This document shows, in pieces, positions 1 to 9,691 of a stretch of 64,000 nt of DNA. Within the stretch, counting starts at the first letter, position 1, and each line of letters opens with the position of its first letter. Position numbers and translations under genes: made by a program. Origin of the DNA: a virus; IMG/VR virus record IMGVR_UViG_3300031857_000055, positions 42,542 to 106,541 of that record, one strand, 5' to 3'. The notes below the pieces were generated by a model. That model searched no databases. It saw only the letters and a program-made list of their open reading frames with translations, and was not told the origin of the DNA.

Positions 1-1
1 G

Positions 2-949
2 AATTATGATGACATTGTAGATATCGCAGACCTAGACTGCATCTATCTAAGCTATGACGAACCTCAGAAAGAAGAATTCTGGATCAAGATTAAGAACATG
101 GTTCCGTGGGCTAAGCGAGTAGACGGAGTTAAGGGTAGTGATGCTGCACACAAGGCAGCAGGAGAAGCAAGTGAGACAGAACGTTTCATTCTCATTGACG
201 GCGACAACATGCCGGACGAAGACTTCTTCAATCTACAGTTAGACTTTACAGGATTAGATGAAAACTACAAGTTAGCGCAATATCGTTGGAGAGCGGTCAA
301 CGCAATCAACGGTCTGCGTTATGGCAACGGCGGTATGAGTTCTTGGACTAAGACTTATGTTGCCAACATGAAGACCCATGAGACAAGTGACGGAAGTGAT
401 ACAACAGCGGTTGATTTCTGCATGGATTCTTCAGATAATCTATACTGGGCAATGCACGATTGCTACTCTACAACGTATCCTAACTACACTCCCTTCCAAG
501 CGTGGAGAGCAGGATTCCGTGAAGGTGTCAAGATGGTGCTTGATCGGGGTGCAAAGCCCAGTATAGACGAATTTCGTGAACGAGTTGCTGGACGCAATCT
601 AAACAATCTTACTATTTGGCATAACGTTGGCGCAGATGTAGAGAATGGTCTTTGGGCTATCTATGGTGCAAGATTAGGCACGCATATGACCATGCTTACT
701 GATTGGAATTATCGTGATGTTGCAGACTTTGACAACTACCCTGCATTGTGGGACAAATATAAGCACAACAATCCAGTCCTTAGTGCTGGGTTTATCGGAG
801 AAGAACTTGAGAGTAAGTTAGGATTACCAATGTGTACTCTTGATGCTGAACAGTCTAAGTTCTTCAAGCGCCACTATAATTCAGACAAGTATAACATGGG
901 TCCTCTCGTTAAGGAGATGGACGTAATCCGCAGAATTGAAGGATGGTAA
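2..949 (+). CDS. GT-A-like glycosyltransferase domain protein; start lies at or just before the window edge
   Basis: Frame is open from nt 2 (NYDDIVDIADLDCIYLSYDEP...RVDGVKGSDAAHKAA...FILIDGD), upstream of the ORF-track start at 98; DxD motif; same architecture as the C-terminus of 27370..33360. Confidence 0.6.
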   Translation, partial: NYDDIVDIADLDCIYLSYDEPQKEEFWIKIKNMVPWAKRVDGVKGSDAAHKAAGEASETERFILIDGDNMPDEDFFNLQLDFTGLDENYKLAQYRWRAVNAINGLRYGNGGMSSWTKTYVANMKTHETSDGSDTTAVDFCMDSSDNLYWAMHDCYSTTYPNYTPFQAWRAGFREGVKMVLDRGAKPSIDEFRERVAGRNLNNLTIWHNVGADVENGLWAIYGARLGTHMTMLTDWNYRDVADFDNYPALWDKYKHNNPVLSAGFIGEELESKLGLPMCTLDAEQSKFFKRHYNSDKYNMGPLVKEMDVIRRIEGW

Positions 950-2346
950 TGTCAGAATCAGAAACAGACAGAATTAAAAGAATCCGCGACTTTATTGATG
1001 TGAACACTACGCCTACATTCTGTTTGGCTAAGTGGCAGCATGTCACAATGTATCTACAGTCGGGTGAGACACACTCTTGCTATCACCCAAAGCCGCACAA
1101 GATTCCATTAGCTGAGTTAAAAGATAACCCAAGTGCATTGCATAATACGATGCACAAGAAGCTTGAGCGTAAAGAAATGCTTGAGGGGAAGAAGCCAGAA
1201 GGCTGTCAATATTGCTGGAACATTGAAGAAATGGGCCCTGACTATATCAGCGACAGACATATTCGCAACGCAAGTATTTTTACAAAGGAACGCTATGAAC
1301 AAGCCAGTAAGGGAGCCTGGGACCAAAACATCAACCCAGAGTATTTGGAAATTAATTTTGGTAACGAGTGTAATTTTAAATGCGGCTATTGCCATCCGAA
1401 ATATAGTACAAGATTCTACAAAGAAATAGAAGACTTCGGTCCTGTTGAGAACGTAAAGAATCATCGCTGCGATGTTGACTGGATGAAGCTATTTCAACGT
1501 GAAGAAGAAAACCCGTATGTTGATGCTTTCTGGGAATGGTGGCCTGAGCTACGCAAGACACTAAACATCATGCGTGTTACCGGTGGCGAACCCACACTGC
1601 ACAAGTCAACATGGACACTGTTAGATAAGATTGATGAAGACCCAATGCCCTGGCTTGAGCTTAACATCAATAGCAATCTCGGCACTAAGAATATTCTTAT
1701 TGATCGCCTTGCCGTCAAAGTAAAGAAGCTGGTAGACGAAAAGAAAATTCGTGCATTCAAGCTGTTTACAAGCATGGACACATGGGGTGAACGTGCTGAG
1801 TATATTCGCACTGGTCTTGAATTAGAGCTATGGGAAAAGAATTTTCACACCTATGTTCAAAAGAGTGAAAGCCCCATCACATTCATGATCACGTTCAACA
1901 TCTTCTCAGTGACGAGCTTCAAGAGCTTGCTTGAGAAGTTCTTAGAGTGGCGCAGACAATATGGCTGGGATGAAGAACGCAAGCAGCATATCATTCGCTT
2001 TGACACGCCGTATCTACGTGAGCCTATTCAATACGATATGAACATTCTTCCTAAGGAACAGTTCATGCCCTACATGTACGAGTCATTGAAGTTTATGGAA
2101 GACAACTTAGATGACACTCGTGCAGACGCCTTCAGCACAATTGAATATGAAAAGTTCAAACGAGTTGTTGACTATATGGCAGAAACAGTGTATAGTGAAG
2201 ACAAGCTAATTGAAGGTCGCAGAGATTTCTATAATTGGTTTAATGAATTGGATGATCGTCGTGAGAATGATTTGTTGACTGTCTTCCCAGAAATGATGGA
2301 TTTTTATAAATTATGTCAACAAGTAAATTTGACGAACCCTCTCTGA
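949..2346 (+). CDS. Radical SAM enzyme with N-terminal Cys-rich (twitch/SPASM-like) domain
   Basis: CNFKCGYC, TGGEP, N-terminal FCLAKW..HSCYH..GCQYCW; TAATG coupling to the upstream gene. Confidence 0.88.
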   Translation: MSESETDRIKRIRDFIDVNTTPTFCLAKWQHVTMYLQSGETHSCYHPKPHKIPLAELKDNPSALHNTMHKKLERKEMLEGKKPEGCQYCWNIEEMGPDYISDRHIRNASIFTKERYEQASKGAWDQNINPEYLEINFGNECNFKCGYCHPKYSTRFYKEIEDFGPVENVKNHRCDVDWMKLFQREEENPYVDAFWEWWPELRKTLNIMRVTGGEPTLHKSTWTLLDKIDEDPMPWLELNINSNLGTKNILIDRLAVKVKKLVDEKKIRAFKLFTSMDTWGERAEYIRTGLELELWEKNFHTYVQKSESPITFMITFNIFSVTSFKSLLEKFLEWRRQYGWDEERKQHIIRFDTPYLREPIQYDMNILPKEQFMPYMYESLKFMEDNLDDTRADAFSTIEYEKFKRVVDYMAETVYSEDKLIEGRRDFYNWFNELDDRRENDLLTVFPEMMDFYKLCQQVNLTNPL

Positions 2347-2573
2347 GAAATAGAAAATGGGAGTGCATTGGTATGGATATGCCTAGCCAAAATGCCGTAT
2401 ATAATATCCGTGCGCAAGAAATCAGAGATTGGATTGAAGAACAACCGACAGTCATGTGGGCGCAGTATGGTATAGATGAGATTTACGAGGGTAAACCTAT
2501 ATCTGCAATGTTTGGGCAGAACTATGTCTTTACAGAAGAAATGGAGGCGTGGTTCACGTTAAGATGGGTATGA
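2313..2573 (+). CDS. Small phage protein of a family ending in F-x-L-(R/K)-W
   Basis: Overlaps both neighbours; C-terminus FTEEMEAWFTLRWV resembles ORFs at 39990, 40207 and 42885. Confidence 0.6.
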   Translation: MSTSKFDEPSLRNRKWECIGMDMPSQNAVYNIRAQEIRDWIEEQPTVMWAQYGIDEIYEGKPISAMFGQNYVFTEEMEAWFTLRWV

Positions 2574-3832
2574 ATTTAACAGATAAAGCAAAGAATAGCA
2601 AAACTTTTTGTGTGTATCCCTGGATACACATTCATACCAGTCCAATGGGAGCTATTGCACCATGCTGCATAGGGGCGTCGGTGTCAAACACCGATTTAGC
2701 CGACGAAGTAAAAGGAAAACGTCTTGATGATTTAGTAAATCATGACAGAATCAAGCAGTTACGGTTAGACATGCTTGCAGGAAAAAAATGTAGTGAATGT
2801 AAAATCTGTTATGAATTAGAAGATGCAGGGGTTGATAGTTTTAGAGTAACGGGCTTGAGAGAATATCCTGAGGTCGCTGAGGAATTAGTAACTGACACTA
2901 ATATAGATGGATCACTGTCTAATTTTGAAATGCGTTATTTTGATATGCGCTTTAGTAACATTTGTAACTTCAAGTGTAGAACTTGCGGTCAAGAATATAG
3001 CAGTCAGTGGGAACAAGAAAATCTACGAAACAACGTATCATATGCAAGGATGTTTTCTAAAGGTGCCGAAACTGAATTACTTGAAGATGTGTTAGAACAA
3101 GTACCCAACTTTGAAACTGCGTATTTTGCAGGCGGTGAACCTCTGATTACCGAAGAACATTATATTATCCTAGAAGAAATGATTCGTAAAGGTAAGACTG
3201 ATGTGGCATTGCGGTATAATACTAACATGAGCAATATTAAATTCAAGAACAAGGATTTAATGTCTCTTTGGAAAAACTTTAAACATGTTAATGTATCTGC
3301 GAGTATTGATCATTACGGTGAGAGAGCAGAATATATTAGGCATGGTACTAACTGGTCAGTTGTAGAAGAAAACTTAAAGATAGCTAAAGAATCAGCCGTG
3401 GTTAACTTATCCTTAAATACTGTTCTGAGCGTGTTTAACTTTTTTACCATTGACTCTTTTTACAAGTATATGCACCACGCTAACATCTATACTAAAAATA
3501 GTCCGGAATCAACATTATACTGCATGACCTCGCCTGATCACCTGGCATGTCATTGGTTGAATCCAGAACATAAACTTATAGGGAATGAGAGCTTAAGTAG
3601 AGCAATAAATTTTATGGAACAAGAAAATTTCCGAGAAGGTCACATCCGACATATCAAAGCAGCATTAAATTGGTCGTGCTCCAAAGACACTTCTGATAAC
3701 ATAGACGGGAGTGGTTATACTAACGCTATCAATTTCAGAAATTCTATTGAGGAACTAGACAAGATCAGGGGAGAATCATTTGAGAAGGTATTTCCTGAAT
3801 TGATTCCAATATTGGAATCTACATATGAATAA
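2570..3832 (+). CDS. Radical SAM enzyme with N-terminal twitch/SPASM-like domain
   Basis: CNFKCRTC, AGGEP, FCVYPW..PCC..CKICY; ATGA overlap start. Confidence 0.88.
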   Translation: MNLTDKAKNSKTFCVYPWIHIHTSPMGAIAPCCIGASVSNTDLADEVKGKRLDDLVNHDRIKQLRLDMLAGKKCSECKICYELEDAGVDSFRVTGLREYPEVAEELVTDTNIDGSLSNFEMRYFDMRFSNICNFKCRTCGQEYSSQWEQENLRNNVSYARMFSKGAETELLEDVLEQVPNFETAYFAGGEPLITEEHYIILEEMIRKGKTDVALRYNTNMSNIKFKNKDLMSLWKNFKHVNVSASIDHYGERAEYIRHGTNWSVVEENLKIAKESAVVNLSLNTVLSVFNFFTIDSFYKYMHHANIYTKNSPESTLYCMTSPDHLACHWLNPEHKLIGNESLSRAINFMEQENFREGHIRHIKAALNWSCSKDTSDNIDGSGYTNAINFRNSIEELDKIRGESFEKVFPELIPILESTYE

Positions 3833-5054
3833 AGACTTTCTCTTAAACGATAGCAAGACATTTTGCATGTTCCCGTGGGTGCATTTAAATGCGACGCCTA
3901 AGGGTGACGTATATCCTTGCTGTAGTAATGACTATACAGACCCAGTTGGTAACACTAAGAATAATTCATTAGAAGAAATCTTTAACAGTCCAAAGATGAA
4001 AGAATTACGCTTGGATATGTTAAACGAGCGTAAAAATAAGATTTGCGACTTCTGCTATAAGCACGAAGAAGCTGGCCCGTATAGTTTCCGTAACTATAGC
4101 AAAGAACACTTTGGCAAATACTTTGATGAAATTGTACCCACCACACAAGATGATGGTACTGTTGACGAATTCAAGATGAGATATTTTGATATCAGATTTA
4201 GTAACATTTGTAACTTTAAGTGCAGAACCTGTGGGTCAGAGTTTAGCTCTAAGTGGGGCGAAGAAATGCGCAAGAACTACGACCCTAATCATCCCGTGTT
4301 AATTCACGTTGATGATAATCGTGGCACAGTTCTTGATGAAGTGTTAGAGCATATTGAACATATTGATCTTGCATACTTTGCGGGCGGCGAACCACTCATC
4401 ACTGATGAGCATTATACTATGCTTGAGGCAATGATTCGTAAGGGCCGCACTGACATTACTCTACGCTATAACACAAATGCAAGCAATATCAAGTATAAAA
4501 AGCATGATGTACTTGATTTATGGAAGCATTTTAAAAAGATTGAACTAAGCTGTAGCATTGATCACTATGGCGAACGTGCTGAGTATATGCGTAAAGGAAC
4601 AGACTGGGGAGTTGTAGAAAGCAATTTACTTACATTCCGTGAATTGGATTATGTTATCTTTCAGATGAATACTGTTTTCAGTATCTACAACTACCTCACT
4701 ATCGGAGACTTTTATCAATATCTTAAGGATAAGAACATCGTGAGAACAGAAGATTGGTATCATTCGCTCTATCTTGCCGTACATCCTAATTATTATTGTG
4801 CTAAAAGTCTCCCTAAAGAATTAAAAACAGTAGCAGGTGAAAAAGCATTAGCCTGGGCTAACGCTAATATGGACGACAAGACTTGTGTACCAAGACTCGT
4901 GGTAGATGCAGTGAACTTTGCGAACGATACCGATCAGTGGGGCGAAGTCAGAGACAAGTTCTTGATGCATACTAAGTCAGTTGACAGAATTAGAGGCGAA
5001 AACTTCTGGGAAACCTTCCCCGAATTAAATAGATTACAGGATTTATATGAATGA
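3825..5054 (+). CDS. Radical SAM enzyme with N-terminal twitch/SPASM-like domain
   Basis: CNFKCRTC, AGGEP, FCMFPW..PCC..VGN..CDFCY; close paralog of 2570..3832. Confidence 0.9.
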   Translation: MNKDFLLNDSKTFCMFPWVHLNATPKGDVYPCCSNDYTDPVGNTKNNSLEEIFNSPKMKELRLDMLNERKNKICDFCYKHEEAGPYSFRNYSKEHFGKYFDEIVPTTQDDGTVDEFKMRYFDIRFSNICNFKCRTCGSEFSSKWGEEMRKNYDPNHPVLIHVDDNRGTVLDEVLEHIEHIDLAYFAGGEPLITDEHYTMLEAMIRKGRTDITLRYNTNASNIKYKKHDVLDLWKHFKKIELSCSIDHYGERAEYMRKGTDWGVVESNLLTFRELDYVIFQMNTVFSIYNYLTIGDFYQYLKDKNIVRTEDWYHSLYLAVHPNYYCAKSLPKELKTVAGEKALAWANANMDDKTCVPRLVVDAVNFANDTDQWGEVRDKFLMHTKSVDRIRGENFWETFPELNRLQDLYE

Positions 5055-5173
5055 ACGAAAAGAAGTACTGTCCCCCATTATCATTGACCACTCAGTGGGA
5101 ATTTTGGGCTTGGATTTATAATATGAAGCGAAATGACAGTGCAAGGTTCAAGAAGAAGAAACAGTATGATTGA
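5051..5173 (+). CDS. 40-aa Trp-rich peptide (not in ORF track)
   Basis: MNEKKYCPPLSLTTQWEFWAWIYNMKRNDSARFKKKKQYD; ATGA overlap with the upstream stop and its own stop overlaps the next ATG, filling the gap exactly. Confidence 0.6.
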   Translation: MNEKKYCPPLSLTTQWEFWAWIYNMKRNDSARFKKKKQYD

Positions 5174-6443
5174 CAAGAATAAAGTAGAAAAGTTAGTTAC
5201 AGAAGGTAAGCATTTTTGCGTGTTGCCTTGGGTGCATTTTCATGCATGGCCCGATAAGCGAGTAATGCCTTGCTGCGTTGCTGACAGTAACATGCCGGTA
5301 GCTCAAATTGAGGGCGATCAATCTATTATTGAAATGATGAACAGCGACCGCTACAAGGAAATTCGTGCGGCGATGCTTGATGACATTGAAGTTCCTGAGT
5401 GTAAGCGTTGCTTTGACCTTGAGCTTATGGGTACATGGACTATGCGCCAGAGTCATAATAAGCGCAGAGGTCAAGACTATGTAAACTACATTGCTGAGAA
5501 CACACAAGAAGACGGTGCGCTCTCAGAGTTTGAAATGAAGTACATGGACATTCGTTTCAGCAATCTATGTAACATGAAGTGCCGTAGTTGTGGCCCAGAC
5601 TGTTCAAGTCAGTGGGCGCAAGAGTTTGTTGACAAGCGTGGAAAACAAATGTGGGAAGAATACTTCCCTAATCGTAAAGTAGTCATCAACAATAACGATG
5701 ACCAAAAGTTTATGGTTAAGTTAAAGCCATATCTTGCAGACGTTTCAGAAGTATACTTTGCTGGCGGCGAAATTATTATTACGCCAGAGCATTATGAATG
5801 TCTTGATTATTGGGTTGAAAATGGTCAGGCAGATACTATTGAATTAAACTATACTACTAATTTCTCAACATTACATGGATATAAAGACAAGAACCTACTT
5901 GAATATTGGAAGAAGTTCAAGAATATTCAAGTGTGGGCGTCATTAGATGCACACGGTGATCTAGCCGAATGTATTCGTAAGGGCACTGATTGGGATAAGA
6001 TCGTTGCTAACATTAAGAAGTTGAAGGAAGAACTTCCTCACGTACAATTGAGCATTACGCCTACTATTAGTATTTGGAATATCTTTAAGTTCCCTGACTT
6101 CTTTGACTACATGGTTGAAAACAATTTGCTGGATCTAACGATTAGTCCAAGATTTAATCTTGCGACTAGCCCATGGTATGCTAATGTCATGATTCTTCCT
6201 AGACATGTAAAGAACAGATTAGTTGAGCTTTACCGTGTTTATCAGAACAAGTACGGCAAAGATAATATGGATATTTATAATGGCTTCAAGATGATTATCT
6301 ATAATCTAAGCGTAGGCGACGAAAACAAAGGAGGCATTCTGGAGTTCAAGCAGTTCAATGACGAGCTGGATCAGTTTAGAAATGAGAAGTTTGAAGACCT
6401 TGTTCCGGAGATTAAGGAAGTGTACGAGTGGGCCGCAAGTTAA
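5166..6443 (+). CDS. Radical SAM enzyme with N-terminal twitch/SPASM-like domain
   Basis: CNMKCRSC, AGGE, FCVLPW..PCC..CKRCF; start set at MIDKNK. Confidence 0.88.
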   Translation: MIDKNKVEKLVTEGKHFCVLPWVHFHAWPDKRVMPCCVADSNMPVAQIEGDQSIIEMMNSDRYKEIRAAMLDDIEVPECKRCFDLELMGTWTMRQSHNKRRGQDYVNYIAENTQEDGALSEFEMKYMDIRFSNLCNMKCRSCGPDCSSQWAQEFVDKRGKQMWEEYFPNRKVVINNNDDQKFMVKLKPYLADVSEVYFAGGEIIITPEHYECLDYWVENGQADTIELNYTTNFSTLHGYKDKNLLEYWKKFKNIQVWASLDAHGDLAECIRKGTDWDKIVANIKKLKEELPHVQLSITPTISIWNIFKFPDFFDYMVENNLLDLTISPRFNLATSPWYANVMILPRHVKNRLVELYRVYQNKYGKDNMDIYNGFKMIIYNLSVGDENKGGILEFKQFNDELDQFRNEKFEDLVPEIKEVYEWAAS

Positions 6444-7390
6444 TTGCAATTGAGGCACCTGAGCAATATCTTGCTATTACATGGCAGGTAAACAATTTCT
6501 GCAACTTCCGCTGTAGTTATTGTAACCCTGGCAACTGGGCAGGCGAAAATCCTAACAACGGTAACCTAGATATCTACATCAATAATCTCAAGGCGATCAT
6601 TGACAAGTATCTTGATATAGGATATAAAAACTTTAAGTTCTTTTTCAGCGGCGGAGAGCCTACAGCTTGGAAGAACTTTATTCCTATCTGTGAATTTCTA
6701 AATGATTACGTATCATGTACATTAGCAGTCAATACGAATCTAAGCAGACCATTAGCCTGGTGGGAAAAACATCACCATTTATTTGATGACGTTGTTGCAA
6801 GTTATCACGTAGAGTTCGCTAAGAAGGAACGCTACGAAGAAAACAATATCTTTCTATGCGACAAAGTAAACTACTTGTCAACTAAAATGTTATTACACGA
6901 TGAGAGATTTTGGGAAGTAGTTGAGTTCGGCAATCATCTAAAGACAGTGATGCCTAATTACTTTATTGAGTGGACTCCGCTGTTTGACGAAATGACTGTC
7001 AACGCTGGCCCCTGGAAATATGCTGATCCGTTGAAAGAACAGTTTGTACGTGAGAACACGATTGAAATCAAGCAGACACTACCTAAGCCCAATAAAAGAT
7101 GTGAGACAGTCAGCTACAGTAGATATGATGATGGTTTTGTCACACCGACAAATAGCAATCAAGTAATTGTAGATGGCGAGAACTTCTTTAGTGGCTGGAA
7201 ATGCAACGTGGGCGATAGTATCTTCATTAGCCCTAATGGTCAAGTAAGCTTAGCAAGCTGCGGGCAAGGCGGCGTAGTAGGCCATATTTTAGAAGACATA
7301 AGTAAAGTAGGGCCCAAGCAAATCACATGCTTCAAGCAGCATTGTCATTGTGGCACCGATATCATCATTCCCAAATTTAAGGTAGACTAA
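6428..7390 (+). CDS. Radical SAM enzyme with C-terminal Cys cluster
   Basis: CNFRCSYC, SGGEP, C-terminal WKC..ASC..C..HCHC. Confidence 0.85.
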   Translation: MGRKLIAIEAPEQYLAITWQVNNFCNFRCSYCNPGNWAGENPNNGNLDIYINNLKAIIDKYLDIGYKNFKFFFSGGEPTAWKNFIPICEFLNDYVSCTLAVNTNLSRPLAWWEKHHHLFDDVVASYHVEFAKKERYEENNIFLCDKVNYLSTKMLLHDERFWEVVEFGNHLKTVMPNYFIEWTPLFDEMTVNAGPWKYADPLKEQFVRENTIEIKQTLPKPNKRCETVSYSRYDDGFVTPTNSNQVIVDGENFFSGWKCNVGDSIFISPNGQVSLASCGQGGVVGHILEDISKVGPKQITCFKQHCHCGTDIIIPKFKVD

Positions 7391-8718
7391 TGGAAAAGAC
7401 TAAAGTAGTATATAGTTGGATTGGACCAAGAGGTCCCATATGGAATACTGAGTTACCTAATGTGTACTCTTTTGCATGTGTTACCTTCGAAGGCCAAACG
7501 AACAGCACTAAGTTTAACGCTGATGACACCTGGCTATCATTTTTTAGTCACGGCAAAGACATGTTTGAAATGTATCCTTCTCCTGCTATTGAAGAAAATG
7601 ATGACAGACATTTTATTATCCCCTTCTCACTTGTATGGAGAATCAACTTTGAAAGTTATTTCTTAGGTAGAACAGGACTTCTGGAGTTTGCTCACACGCC
7701 ATGGCACTTAATTAATCTGGTGCGTGAAAAGAATGGTTATATTTTGATTGACTACAGTGTAGAAGCATTCTTAGAGCATAGACACATCAATGCACTACAT
7801 GCTTATTTTGGACAAATACATAATATACCATTGCACAAGATCATTTATTTGACCGGCACGGTTAATGCTAAAGAAATTTATGATGAATATTGTTTAGTGA
7901 AGAACATTCCCGATACTCCCGAGAATCGTTTAACTATTGTACCATATGCAGCGTCACAGCATATATTCAGACCAAACCTCGAAGAACATCCCGAACCTGA
8001 ATATAATACAGAGATAGTTCCGGAAAAGTTATTCTTATCATGGAATCGTAGATATAGGCAGCATAGACTTGAGCTTGCACCAATTCTTGAGCTACACAAT
8101 GTAGTTGAGAGAAGTTATATTAGCTTCAGTAGATCACATATTGAAAATCCATCATTAGACTTCTTAAATGAAGCCAGCTCACTGTCGTTACATAATAGAT
8201 TCAATGATTTAGGAATAACTCGTGAAATCGTAGAACGATTTTATAATAGACTTCCATTAGTATTAGATGGAGAAGACGAAATTGTACAAATGTGTCAAGA
8301 CCATGATAACGTATCAAGACCTTATTATCAGAATAGTTTGATCAGCTTGATAACTGAAACGAACTTTTACAATGTTGAAGGAACATTAACTGAGAAAAGC
8401 TTTAAGCCCTTCAAAGAAAAGCATCCATTCATATTAGTAGGGGCATTTGGCTGCTTGAAAGCTATGAGAGATTTGGGCTTTAGAACATTCGGAGAATTTT
8501 GGGATGAGAGTTATGATACAATTCAAGATCCTACTCTGAGAATGAAAGCTATTGCTAAAATTATTGAGCAAATGAGTCATTGGTCTAACGAGCAAATATT
8601 AGAGTTTAGACGCAATGTTAAACCAATATTGGATCATAACTATCAAGTATTAAAAAATAGTAGCCGCAGACACATAGTTGAAAAAGTACATCATATTGTG
8701 CGAGGAAGCGATGCGTAA
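7390..8718 (+). CDS. Putative glycosyltransferase (GT-B-like, paralog 1 of 5)
   Basis: FLSWNRRYRQHR..SLITET..LTEKSFKP..HPF..GFRTF..DESYD; the TEK block recalls the GT10 donor-binding motif. Confidence 0.6.
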   Translation: MEKTKVVYSWIGPRGPIWNTELPNVYSFACVTFEGQTNSTKFNADDTWLSFFSHGKDMFEMYPSPAIEENDDRHFIIPFSLVWRINFESYFLGRTGLLEFAHTPWHLINLVREKNGYILIDYSVEAFLEHRHINALHAYFGQIHNIPLHKIIYLTGTVNAKEIYDEYCLVKNIPDTPENRLTIVPYAASQHIFRPNLEEHPEPEYNTEIVPEKLFLSWNRRYRQHRLELAPILELHNVVERSYISFSRSHIENPSLDFLNEASSLSLHNRFNDLGITREIVERFYNRLPLVLDGEDEIVQMCQDHDNVSRPYYQNSLISLITETNFYNVEGTLTEKSFKPFKEKHPFILVGAFGCLKAMRDLGFRTFGEFWDESYDTIQDPTLRMKAIAKIIEQMSHWSNEQILEFRRNVKPILDHNYQVLKNSSRRHIVEKVHHIVRGSDA

Positions 8719-9691
8719 GACAATATTAGTATGTGGGGCGGGTGGTTTTATTGGAAATTACTTAGTAGACAGTTTAAAAAGTCAAGGACATTATGTTGTT
8801 GGCACTGACTTAAAGAAGCCAATATATAATGAAACTTCAGCAGATGAATTCTATATTAAAGATTTGAGAGACAAGGATAATGTAGACTATCTATTGTACC
8901 TGCACAATTATGACGAAGTATATCAGTTAGCTGCTGACATGGGTGGTGCAGGATATATCTTTACTGGCGAACACGATGCCGATATCATGCACAACTCAGT
9001 TACTATCAATTTGAATGTATTACGAGCAATGATTAAATCAGGGTGCAAGAAAATATTCTATAGCTCAAGTGCATGTATGTATCCAGAGCATAATCAACTT
9101 GACCCCGATAATCCTATACTGAGCGAAGACAGTGCATACCCTGCTAATCCAGATAGCGAGTATGGTTGGGAGAAGCTATTCAGCGAACGACTATACATGA
9201 CTTATGCTAAGAACTATGGCATGGATGTTCGTATCGCACGTTTTCATAATGTGTTTGGACCCAATGGAAGCTGGAACAACGGCAAAGAAAAAGCGCCAGC
9301 CGCACTATGTAGAAAAGTGGCACTTGCTGATGACAACGGTGAAGTAGAGATTTGGGGTCCGGGTAATCAGACACGAAGCTTTCTATACATTGATGAGTGT
9401 ATAGAAGGCATCCATCGTATCATGAATAGTGATTACGATAAGCCCGTCAATCTCGGCAGTGAACGCATGATTAGCATCAATGACCTTGTGTTACTGATTG
9501 CCAGTTTAACTAATAAGAAAGTCACTATCAAGAACGTTGACGGGCCTCGCGGCGTCATGGGTAGAAAGAGTGACAACAGACTGATTCAAGAAGTCACTGG
9601 CTGGAAACCACACGAAGATTTAGAGACAGGTTTAATCAAGACATATCGCTGGATCAATGAACAGATCATGTTGGGTAGAATAGATCAATAA
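8711..9691 (+). CDS. NAD-dependent epimerase, GDP-mannose 3,5-epimerase-like
   Basis: GAGGFIG, LAADMGGAGYI, SSSACMYP, YGWEK, KEKAPAALCRK, QTRSFLYIDEC. Confidence 0.9.
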   Translation: MRKTILVCGAGGFIGNYLVDSLKSQGHYVVGTDLKKPIYNETSADEFYIKDLRDKDNVDYLLYLHNYDEVYQLAADMGGAGYIFTGEHDADIMHNSVTINLNVLRAMIKSGCKKIFYSSSACMYPEHNQLDPDNPILSEDSAYPANPDSEYGWEKLFSERLYMTYAKNYGMDVRIARFHNVFGPNGSWNNGKEKAPAALCRKVALADDNGEVEIWGPGNQTRSFLYIDECIEGIHRIMNSDYDKPVNLGSERMISINDLVLLIASLTNKKVTIKNVDGPRGVMGRKSDNRLIQEVTGWKPHEDLETGLIKTYRWINEQIMLGRIDQ

